The notes below the pieces were generated by a model, which was given only the letters and a program-made list of their open reading frames with translations, did no database searches and was not told the DNA's origin. Shown piece by piece: positions 7,813 through 14,500 of a DNA stretch of 32,000 nucleotides. Origin of the DNA: Candidatus Saccharimonadota bacterium (GTDB lineage: Bacteria > Patescibacteriota > Saccharimonadia > Saccharimonadales > Saccharimonadaceae); assembly GCA_023898645.1 (NCBI GenBank), contig CP060232.1, positions 300,001 through 332,000 on the forward strand, read 5' to 3'. Within the stretch, counting starts at the first letter, position 1. The number at the start of each line of letters is the position of its first letter. The translations under genes were made by a program, and so were the position numbers.

Positions 7813-7858
7813 GGAGCTATCTGTCACCGTGAGCAAAGCTCGAACAGGAGATAGCTCC
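7813..7858. other. stem-loop with nested GAGC-AAA-GCTC hairpin
   Basis: GGAGCTATCTGT (7813-7824) pairs with ACAG(GAG)ATAGCTCC (7844-7858), leaving a 3-nt bulge. Confidence 0.4.
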
Positions 7859-7891
7859 CCGGTGAAGTATGAAAAAAGTGAGTGACCCAGC

Positions 7892-7931
7892 CCAGGCGGG
7901 CGCATTGACCGAAGTCGTTGCGCCCGCCTGG
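7892..7931 (-). terminator. GC-rich terminator hairpin after the Pro/Thr-rich gene
   Basis: CCAGGCGGGCGC (7892-7903) pairs with GCGCCCGCCTGG (7920-7931), 7 nt past the stop codon. On the minus strand a T6 run (7877-7872) follows 14 nt later, so the geometry is not ideal. Confidence 0.6.
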
Positions 7932-7938
7932 ACATGGG

Positions 7939-9132
7939 TTAACTGGGCGGGGCTACTGTGCCGGTTATCACTGTTGAAGTGGTAACCGTACCTGACGAAT
8001 TAACGTGAGGAACAGTAGTTGTTCCCGCTCCCGTACCATTGACGCCCGGTTCCGGCGGCGGTGCCTGTACCGGAGTACTGACATGTGTCGGCGCGGAAGG
8101 ACCTGGCGCTACCGTTGGTGGCGGCGGGTTTACCCGTGGTGTTGACGGCGGATGAGTCATCTGCTCGGGTGGCACATACGTGCCGGGCCCGGGCTGATCA
8201 TTCGGACCGCCGCCTTGGGGCGCGTTGCCTTGCGGGTACGGATCCAGTGATGGAACCTTTGGTGCGAGCGTCGGAGGCGGTGTCGTCGTCGGCGGCGGTG
8301 TCGTCGTCGGAGGCGGTGTCGTCGTCGGCGGCGGCGTTGTCTCCGTTGTCGGAGGCGGTGTCGTCGGTGGTACCGTCGTCGGCGGCGGTGCCACAGGCGG
8401 TGGAACCGTCGTTACCGGCGGCATGCTTGGAATCGGTGCTCCGGGTGTGACGATGTTGCCACATTCCAGACGAACCCAATGCTCTCCGATGGGATTACCA
8501 GCTGCGTCTTGGTAGGTAACGCGCACGCCCGTGCCCGCCGGAATAGCGCCGTTTTGTGTAAACGCCGCACCGTTTGCAACGGCTCCGGTGTTTACGCCGC
8601 TTGCCGGAAGGCTGTCATGCGTGAGCGTTGTCACGTTCCACAGCACAATCCACTTGTTGTACGCTGCCACTCCGTCGGGCGTGAAGCACTTCCCATTTTC
8701 GATTGGCGCAATTTGCGTCACGTCATCGATGGGTGTTGCTTTGCCTAACGGCGAGGCGTTGTAGTACAGCTGGAAAATGCGAGGATCCTGCTTTGCTCCT
8801 TGTGCCACTTGCTGGCGCATCTCCTCCGTTTTAGGCGAAAGGCCATTGGAAAAGACGTTGTTGGAGAAGTTCGGATCCAGTTGCACGGTAAAACCACCGC
8901 ACGCGGCATCTTGCACGACCGTTGTGGGGCCGGTGTTTGTCGACGTGGATAGATTATCGTTGTTGCTTCGAACGAGTACGCTGATTGCGAACACAAACAG
9001 CAACACAGCGACAAGCGCTGCGACTGCAGGCCACATCCAGCTTCGTTGCTGGACTTCAGGCGTCTCGTCATCGAGGAAATTAGGCTCGACGCCATCGTTT
9101 TCGACGACTTCGTCGCTTTCGTTTTCACTCAT
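7939..9132 (-). CDS. N-terminally membrane-anchored protein with globular external domain and C-terminal Pro/Thr-rich repeat tail, hypothetical
   Basis: 397 aa with an acidic N-terminus. The TM helix is WPAVAALVAVLLFVFAISVLV. A Cys-containing domain of about 200 aa follows, then TTPPPTTTPPPTTTPPPT repeats. SD GGAGG. Confidence 0.85.
   Translation of the reverse strand: MSENESDEVVENDGVEPNFLDDETPEVQQRSWMWPAVAALVAVLLFVFAISVLVRSNNDNLSTSTNTGPTTVVQDAACGGFTVQLDPNFSNNVFSNGLSPKTEEMRQQVAQGAKQDPRIFQLYYNASPLGKATPIDDVTQIAPIENGKCFTPDGVAAYNKWIVLWNVTTLTHDSLPASGVNTGAVANGAAFTQNGAIPAGTGVRVTYQDAAGNPIGEHWVRLECGNIVTPGAPIPSMPPVTTVPPPVAPPPTTVPPTTPPPTTETTPPPTTTPPPTTTPPPTTTPPPTLAPKVPSLDPYPQGNAPQGGGPNDQPGPGTYVPPEQMTHPPSTPRVNPPPPTVAPGPSAPTHVSTPVQAPPPEPGVNGTGAGTTTVPHVNSSGTVTTSTVITGTVAPPS
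8271..8392. repeat. 18-nt tandem repeat (TCGG[A/C]GGCGGTGTCGTCG) inside the CDS
   Basis: There are three perfect units at 8271-8324, followed by degenerate units. On the minus strand they encode the PPPTTT repeats. Confidence 0.8.
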
Positions 9133-9202
9133 GTTCTTGCTCCTACCTCCCTCTCCGAGGGCTCAGAGTGGCGGAATTGCCAGTTGTGATACCCCCGGGT
9201 TT

Positions 9203-9246
9203 GGGACACCGTTTTGATGACGATAATTATCATCAAAACGGTGCCC
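9203..9246. other. long hairpin / palindrome (14 perfect bp plus 3 GC pairs)
   Basis: CACCGTTTTGATGA (9207-9220) pairs with TCATCAAAACGGTG (9230-9243), flanked by GGG/CCC. It lies 70-115 nt upstream of the Pro/Thr-rich gene ATG. No U-run is present on either strand. Confidence 0.6.
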
Positions 9247-9278
9247 CAAAAGGTAAGTGAGCAAGATTCATACTTCAT

Positions 9279-9360
9279 GCTGCCGTGGCAGCGCTACCGA
9301 TACAACGCATTGCGTCGGTGGCGCTGCCAAGCAGCACCCTACCCCTGTTAGAGGTAGGTG
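9279..9360. other. two adjacent stable hairpins
   Basis: The first hairpin pairs GCTGC..GGCAGCGCTACCGA (9279-9300) with TCGGTGGCGCTGCC..GCAGC (9315-9335) and has one G.U on the plus strand. The second pairs CCTACC with GGTAGG (9338-9358). Confidence 0.5.
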
Positions 9361-9363
9361 TAA

Positions 9364-9387
9364 ACATAAACTGTAATGATCTGATTT
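9364..9387. repeat. inverted repeat copy B (ACATA-nnn-TGTAATGATCTGATTT)
   Basis: This is the reverse complement of 7774-7797, with 16/16 identity in the core and 21/24 overall. Confidence 0.8.
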
Positions 9388-9444
9388 GTTAAGCGTCCAC
9401 CTCTGCAGAGTGAGTCTCCAGCTCATCGCAGTTGTCTCTGTTAG

Positions 9445-9471
9445 ATTATCACAAAACTTAAAAAAAGTCAA
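9445..9471 (-). promoter_or_regulatory. candidate promoter for the Pro/Thr-rich gene (TTGACT ... TGtGATAAT)
   Basis: On the minus strand, TTGACT is at 9471-9466 and an extended -10 TGtGATAAT ends at 9445 (15-nt spacer). The alternative -10 TAATCT gives a 17-nt spacer. Either choice implies a leader of about 305 nt. Confidence 0.4.
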
Positions 9472-9545
9472 TGTCTATGAAATAAAATTGCCATAAACAC
9501 AATTATAAAATACAGAGATTAAATTGAGAGATTGCATAACAGGGG

Positions 9546-9574
9546 TGGACAAAACGTTTTAGCTCTGGTATAGT
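9546..9574 (+). promoter_or_regulatory. sigma70-like promoter upstream of tRNA-Glu (TGGACA-17 nt-TATAGT)
   Basis: The hexamers are at 9546-9551 and 9569-9574, preceded by an AT-rich UP-like tract. The tRNA lies about 185 nt downstream. Confidence 0.5.
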
Positions 9575-9765
9575 GGGCGAAGTTGAGGTTTTAAAAAGCC
9601 ATAATAGGTGTTAAAAATCTCACAAGACGAGAGAAGTCGGATATCCGATGTACTTTACAAGAAAAGAATATGGTCTCCATTTGATCTAAAGATCAAATTG
9701 CGCCCAAATTCCTCGGGAAATGGTCGAAAATGCAAGTCATTTTCGCTTCATTTCACTCAGAATTT

Positions 9766-9840
9766 GGTCTCATCGTCTAACGGTTAGGACACCAGGTTTT
9801 CATCCTGGCAATCCGGGTTCGATTCCCGGTGAGATCACCA
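9766..9840 (+). tRNA. tRNA-Glu (anticodon UUC), CCA encoded
   Basis: A cloverleaf was built by hand. The acceptor stem is GGTCTCA/TGAGATC and the D arm is GTCT-AACGGTTA-GGAC. The anticodon arm is CCAGG-TTTTCAT-CCTGG and the T arm is CCGGG-TTCGATT-CCCGG. The discriminator is A, followed by CCA. Confidence 0.95.
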
Positions 9841-9874
9841 GAGAAAATACCCCACTTCGGTGGGGTATTTTCTC
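9841..9874. terminator. bidirectional terminator hairpin
   Basis: GAGAAAATACCCCAC-TTCG-GTGGGGTATTTTCTC. The palindrome extends to ACCA/TGGT (9837-9878). U-rich 3' arms are present on both strands. Confidence 0.8.
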
Positions 9875-9875
9875 T

Positions 9876-9940
9876 GGTGCCTCCCGCGGGGCCGAACCCG
9901 GATTGGAAGCCGTGTAACGGCGCAATCCGGAGTTCGACCA
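9876..9940. other. tRNA-Glu 3'-half echoes / 50-nt hairpin with GTAA (GNRA) loop
   Basis: 9893-9905 is the exact reverse complement of tRNA positions 9809-9821 (CAATCCGGGTTCG). 9923-9937 is a direct near-copy (CAATCCGGaGTTCGA). These two segments pair with each other around GCCGT-GTAA-ACGGC. The region does not fold into a cloverleaf. Confidence 0.35.
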
Positions 9941-10194
9941 CTGTCACAATCTATTGATTTGACAGGGGTTAGCCGATGTTCGCCGCTAGAATAGTGAGAA
10001 CATCGAAGCGTCGTCCCGGTGAGATTATTAAAGCGCGAAGCATTTTCTTGAGCGAATGAACGAAGGAGCGGAGTGAAACGGAGCGATGTCCCGGCATACG
10101 TTAAAAACCACACTGTATTCCACTTATGCTTTTTATACCACCTCACTACGGTTATACTCCTCATATCCGACTCCAACAACATAAAAGGTGGAAT

Positions 10195-10917
10195 ATGACA
10201 AGGAAAAGGATGTACTTTGCAGGTTTTGGTGCGCTATCGCTGCTTCTCGTTGGATGCGGCGGCGGCGCCAGTACCCCGCCCATGGGAACGATTGGTGCGC
10301 CGACTCTTACATCGATAGCACCGACGACACCAACAATAACCGTGCTGGTCCCGAAGCCACCTCCGTTTGTACCAAAGTTTTATCCGCCAGCCACCACTGC
10401 TAACACGATGGTTCCACGGCCGACACACTGCGTACAAGACGGCGTGGGCACGCAAGGCTGGAATACTGAACCCGATGACAGTGGCGATATACATCCGACG
10501 TTTCTCGGTCCGTTGGCTCCGCCGTCGGCAAGCACTGGTTCTTGTTTCGACAAGCTGGCATTTACTGTTAGCACGGGCGCTGGCGTTGAGTTTAGTGCCG
10601 AATACGTGCCCGTCGTGCATGCTGATGGATCAGGTTTACCTGTAACGGACATCAAGGGCGTTGTGTTTATCCAGTTGGTCATCAAGGCACATATGCTAAG
10701 GGACGAGCAGGGTAATCCGCTGTATGATTCGGCCGACTATAACATGCCGAATGTCCAAGGTTATGGGAATCTTCGGGAATTGAGATTGGTAACGCCAGAC
10801 TACGAAGGCTACACCACTTTTGGTATCGGTTTAGACGCCAAAACGCCCTTCGCAGTCGAGTCGCACACAGTCGGAGGTGAAAAGACCGAAATCGACGCGT
10901 ATATCACCCGCCCGTAG
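10195..10917 (+). CDS. lipoprotein, hypothetical
   Basis: SD AAGGTGG lies 5 nt upstream of ATG 10195. The signal peptide MTRKRMYFAGFGALSLLLVGCGGG carries an LVGC lipobox. A Pro-rich linker is followed by a beta-rich domain. The 10126 start in the track is rejected. Confidence 0.85.
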   Translation: MTRKRMYFAGFGALSLLLVGCGGGASTPPMGTIGAPTLTSIAPTTPTITVLVPKPPPFVPKFYPPATTANTMVPRPTHCVQDGVGTQGWNTEPDDSGDIHPTFLGPLAPPSASTGSCFDKLAFTVSTGAGVEFSAEYVPVVHADGSGLPVTDIKGVVFIQLVIKAHMLRDEQGNPLYDSADYNMPNVQGYGNLRELRLVTPDYEGYTTFGIGLDAKTPFAVESHTVGGEKTEIDAYITRP

Positions 10918-10939
10918 TGGTAGCGGAGTAATACACGAA

Positions 10940-10978
10940 GGCCCCTGTCTGAACGGTAGCATCGTTCAGACAGGGGCC
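10940..10978 (+). terminator. rho-independent terminator
   Basis: GGCCCCTGTCTGAACG pairs with CGTTCAGACAGGGGCC in a 16-bp stem. GCTTCTATTT follows. Confidence 0.8.
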
Positions 10979-11002
10979 GCTTCTATTTAACAGATAAGAT
11001 TA

Positions 11003-11011
11003 TGGTATAAT
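11003..11011 (+). promoter_or_regulatory. extended -10 promoter (TGgTATAAT) 8 nt upstream of the pyk ATG
   Basis: TGGTATAAT is followed by GGCCCCAT and then ATG 11020, with no SD. This is consistent with a leaderless mRNA. Confidence 0.5.
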
Positions 11012-11019
11012 GGCCCCAT

Positions 11020-12441
11020 ATGACAGTACAGTTTAAAAGAACAAAAATATTAGCATCGGTCGGTCCACCGATTAATAGCCCAGAAATGATAGAAAAAATG
11101 ATATCTGCCGGCGTGAACGGTTTCCGATTGAATTTTAGTCACGCCAAATATGAAGAGTGTGACACGATCATCCCTACCATAAGAGAAGTAAGTGCAAGAA
11201 AAGGTAAGCCTGTTGCTATTTTGCAGGATCTTCAGGGACCAAAAATTCGCTTGGGTAATTTACAGCAGAATGTAGAAGTAAAAACAGGCGACGAACTGAC
11301 GTTGCGACATGGCGCCGAGCACGACGGCGACCACTTGATACCAGTTCAATATAACTTGGCCGAAAAGGTAAAAGAAGGTGAGCCGCTCTATATTTTTGAC
11401 GGCAAGATCCGAACTACTGTAACGAGCGTAGCGGATGAAAATACGATTGTAGTGAGAGTCGAGAACGACGGCGTGTTGATGAGTCGTAAAGGCATCAATT
11501 TACCCGACACTGACTTTGCCGGAGACATTTTGACTCACAAAGACTTAGAAGATATCGAATACGGTGCCGCCAAAGACATTGATTACGTGGCATTGAGCTT
11601 CGTGCAGTCGGCAGAAGATATACATAATTTGCGTCAAATATTATTAAGTCACGGCTCGACGGCACAAATCATTGCCAAGATTGAGACTAAGGCGGCCGTT
11701 CGAGAAGGCGTGCTCGAAGATATAGTCAAAGCAAGTGATGGCGTTATGGTCGCACGTGGTGATTTAGCCGTAGAAGCGGGTACGGAAGTAGTGCCAATCG
11801 TTCAGCGTCGAATCATTGCCCTCTGCCGCAAGTATGACAAATTATCAATCGTCGCGACGCAGATGCTTGCTAGCATGGTTGACTCCCCTGAGCCAACCCG
11901 CGCCGAAGTGAGCGACGTGGCAACCGCGGTTATATTGGGTGCCGACACGGTGATGCTCAGCGATGAAACTGCCAATGGCCGCTACCCTGTTGAATCCGTA
12001 GCAGCTATGAAAAAAGTGATTCTGTACACCCAAGACAATGCCTTGGTGGCGCCTATTGTAGACGTACTGAAGGGTAAAAAGTCTGCCCGTGATGCAATCA
12101 GTGTGGCCGCAGTAAGTTTGGCAGATCAGCTTGGTGCGTCTGTGATTGTTGCTGAAACAAAATCTGGAGCGACAGCGGCACACATCGCGGCAAATCGTCC
12201 AAATTTGCCGATTTTTAGCGTTACGAGTGAGCCTCGAGCCGCTCAGCAATTGGCACTGAGTTATGCAAACAAATCTTTTATTCGTCCTGACGGCGAAAGG
12301 GCCGGTTTTAAGCTAGTCAAAGAACTGAAAGATGAAGGCTTTTTCGGTGACGAATCACCAATAACGGTCGTTATCGTGAGTGGGCGACAGCCAGGACTTA
12401 TTGGTGGAACGGACACAATTAGAGTTCGTGTGCTAGAATAG
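11020..12441 (+). CDS. pyk: pyruvate kinase
   Basis: 473 aa. Motifs seen are NFSHA, DLQGPKIR and MVARGDL, plus a C-terminal regulatory domain. Confidence 0.95.
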   Translation: MTVQFKRTKILASVGPPINSPEMIEKMISAGVNGFRLNFSHAKYEECDTIIPTIREVSARKGKPVAILQDLQGPKIRLGNLQQNVEVKTGDELTLRHGAEHDGDHLIPVQYNLAEKVKEGEPLYIFDGKIRTTVTSVADENTIVVRVENDGVLMSRKGINLPDTDFAGDILTHKDLEDIEYGAAKDIDYVALSFVQSAEDIHNLRQILLSHGSTAQIIAKIETKAAVREGVLEDIVKASDGVMVARGDLAVEAGTEVVPIVQRRIIALCRKYDKLSIVATQMLASMVDSPEPTRAEVSDVATAVILGADTVMLSDETANGRYPVESVAAMKKVILYTQDNALVAPIVDVLKGKKSARDAISVAAVSLADQLGASVIVAETKSGATAAHIAANRPNLPIFSVTSEPRAAQQLALSYANKSFIRPDGERAGFKLVKELKDEGFFGDESPITVVIVSGRQPGLIGGTDTIRVRVLE

Positions 12442-12459
12442 ACCTAATTAATAGAAAGG

Positions 12460-13683
12460 GTGGCGAAGGTGGGATTCTTCAAAAAGACGATTCGTGACGT
12501 ACCGCTGGAGGGTAAGCGGGTGTTGGTGCGTGTAGACTATAATGTTCCTCTTAAAGACGGCAAGGTGAGTGATGACTTGCGAATCCGAGCCAGCCTACCC
12601 ACGCTGCAATATTTGTTAGACCAAGGCTGCTCTTTGGTTCTGATGAGTCATCTAGGCCGACCCGAGGGGCACGATATGCAGTTTAGTATGGAGCCAGCAG
12701 CGGTACGACTAAGCGAACTTATAGGGCAAGAAGTGTTGTTTGTCGACGATATCGTCGGCGACGCCGCCTACCAGAAGGTGAATAAGGCGCCGGCTAAGAG
12801 CATTGTCATGTTGCAAAATCTTCGTTTTGACCCCCGAGAAGAGGAAGACGACGACGACTTTGCAAAGGGGATTGCTCATGTGGCACAGGCGGATTATTTT
12901 GTGCAAGATGGTTTTGGCGTTGTTCACAGGGCGCACGCTAGTACGCATGCGATCACATTGCAGCTTCCGAGCGTGTCCGGACTGCTACTCGAAAGGGAAT
13001 ACGTCACAATTACTCAGGCTATGGAAAATCCTAAACGACCGTTTGTATCCGTTCTTGGTGGCGCCAAGGTAAGCGACAAGGTTCAAGTAGTTGAACGATT
13101 TGTTAAACTTGCCGATTCTGTGCTGATCGGCGGGGCGATGGCGAATACTTTTTTGGCGTATAAAGGCGTTGATATGGGAGCTAGCAAAGTTGAGGCCGAC
13201 CAAAAGGAAACTCTTGACGGCGTGTATACTGCCGTACGCGAAAAAGCCGGTGAAAAAGCAGACGACTTTCTGATATTGCCAACTGATGTTGCCGTGGCAA
13301 CAGAGATAAATGACACAGTTCCTCGAAAGGAGTGTGAAGTTAGTCAGATAAAGCCAGAAGAAAAAGCGTTTGACATCGGACCACAGACAATCGAGAGATT
13401 CTGTAGCGTAGTAGAAAACGCTGGTACGGTAATTTGGAACGGACCGCTCGGTATGTCAGAGTTTTCTAATTTTGCACATGGTTCAGCCCGGCTTGCTTTG
13501 TCGCTAGCGACGCACCCTAACGTCACTTCAATCGTTGGAGGTGGAGATACGGCCGATTTCGTATTGAAGTGGGATAGCAAAAAAGGCGGTAGTTTTACCC
13601 ACGTTTCAACCGGTGGAGGCGCGAGCCTTGATCTGATGGCTGGCAAAAAATTACCTGGCGTCGAATGCCTACTCGACGCATAA
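12460..13683 (+). CDS. pgk: phosphoglycerate kinase
   Basis: 407 aa with a GTG start (alternative GTG at 12469). Motifs seen are RVDYNVP, SHLGRP and GGGDT. Confidence 0.93.
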   Translation: MAKVGFFKKTIRDVPLEGKRVLVRVDYNVPLKDGKVSDDLRIRASLPTLQYLLDQGCSLVLMSHLGRPEGHDMQFSMEPAAVRLSELIGQEVLFVDDIVGDAAYQKVNKAPAKSIVMLQNLRFDPREEEDDDDFAKGIAHVAQADYFVQDGFGVVHRAHASTHAITLQLPSVSGLLLEREYVTITQAMENPKRPFVSVLGGAKVSDKVQVVERFVKLADSVLIGGAMANTFLAYKGVDMGASKVEADQKETLDGVYTAVREKAGEKADDFLILPTDVAVATEINDTVPRKECEVSQIKPEEKAFDIGPQTIERFCSVVENAGTVIWNGPLGMSEFSNFAHGSARLALSLATHPNVTSIVGGGDTADFVLKWDSKKGGSFTHVSTGGGASLDLMAGKKLPGVECLLDA

Positions 13684-13723
13684 AAGAAAATAGAGTAAAC
13701 TAATTGCAGAAAGCGTAAGCGGT

Positions 13724-14500
13724 ATGTCAACCACCAAAAAACTTATCGTCGGTAACTGGAAAATGAACATGAACGTTCATGATGCCAGCATGTTCGTACA
13801 CAAGCTCTCGCAGAGAGTATCTGTTCATCGTGACGTAGAAGTGGTCATAGCTCCTACGTTCCTTGCTTTGCAGCCGCTTAGCCTACAGGTTGATCGTCGG
13901 CAGTTCAAACTGGCGGCTCAGAATTTTTATTGGCGCGATAGTGGAGCGTTTACAGGTGAAGTGTCTGCGGTGCAGCTTCGAGGGCTAGTCGACTACGCTA
14001 TCGTCGGTCACAGTGAGCGTCGCCATATATTTCATGAACACGACAAAGATATTCGCAGCAAGGTTCAATCTGCAATTAGAAACGGCATCAAGCCGATCCT
14101 TTGTGTCGGTGAAACTGCGCATCAAAGAACTGTTGGCGAAACGGCCGATGTCATCCACGACCAATTACTGGGCGGCTTGGCAAATGTTACCAGTGAGGAA
14201 TTTAGTCACATTACAGTCGCATACGAACCAGTCTGGGCCATTGGCACAGGAGTTAATGCTTTGCCTGAAGATGCTAAAAAAGCCGCGCGTGCCATACGAC
14301 GTCAAATTACTCATCTGTACGGTGAAAAGGCGGCAAGCGAATTGCGTGTACTTTATGGCGGTAGTGTGAAATCAAATAATGCGTCGGCATACCTCAAAAC
14401 AGACGGTGTGGACGGATTACTTGTGGGCGGCGCTAGTTTGTTGGTAGAGGAATTTGAAGCAATCGTCGCTGCTGCGCACGGAATAGAGGACGAGCAATGA
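13724..14500 (+). CDS. tpiA: triosephosphate isomerase
   Basis: 258 aa. Motifs seen are GNWKMN, VGHSERR, AYEPVWAIGTG and YGGSV. Confidence 0.95.
   Translation: MSTTKKLIVGNWKMNMNVHDASMFVHKLSQRVSVHRDVEVVIAPTFLALQPLSLQVDRRQFKLAAQNFYWRDSGAFTGEVSAVQLRGLVDYAIVGHSERRHIFHEHDKDIRSKVQSAIRNGIKPILCVGETAHQRTVGETADVIHDQLLGGLANVTSEEFSHITVAYEPVWAIGTGVNALPEDAKKAARAIRRQITHLYGEKAASELRVLYGGSVKSNNASAYLKTDGVDGLLVGGASLLVEEFEAIVAAAHGIEDEQ

Noticed and set aside
8271-8392. CRISPR-like array.
   Set aside because: The repeats are directly tandem with no spacers, are only 18 nt long, and lie in-frame inside a CDS. No cas genes are present in the window.
8085-8515. Plus-strand ORFs (121 aa and 96 aa, Gly/Val/Ser-rich), and the minus-strand 93-aa ORF in another frame.
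   Set aside because: They lie entirely inside the 397-aa Pro/Thr-rich CDS and are mirror or frame artefacts of the GC-rich 18-nt repeats. None has a start context.
1855-10040. Recurrent GAAGCGA / CGAAGCG motif in non-coding regions (around 1857, 1921, 7629, 7703, 10001 and 10034). GAAGCGAAT is identical at 1921 and 7631.
   Set aside because: The motif is short, and a 9-mer recurring once in 32 kb on two strands is not clearly beyond chance. I could not count coding-region occurrences. It is worth a genome-wide count but is not reportable as an element.
9876-10125. tmRNA (ssrA) on the minus strand. This was suggested by the ...GGGTTCGG...CACCA end and an internal frame ending FAL followed by TAA TAA.
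   Set aside because: The 3' acceptor strand (GGAGGC-A-CCA) has no 5' partner (GCCTCC). A G3:U70 alanine identity pair is impossible, there is no GGGG...TTCGAC 5' motif, and the T arm does not close. The ACCA is explained by the extended terminator palindrome.
9720-10182. Track ORFs 9720-9917 (+) and 9835-10182 (-).
   Set aside because: Both run straight through the tRNA-Glu gene and/or the bidirectional terminator hairpin. They have no SD, and their amino-acid composition is implausible.
10126-10194. Upstream start for the lipoprotein gene.
   Set aside because: ATG 10195 has a well-spaced AAGGTGG SD and yields a canonical lipoprotein signal peptide. The extension would bury it.
12709-13730. 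Several 70-130 aa antisense or alternative-frame ORFs within pgk. The same pattern occurs within pyk, metG, alaS and the helicase gene.
   Set aside because: They are fully nested in strongly supported conserved genes. They have no independent signals.
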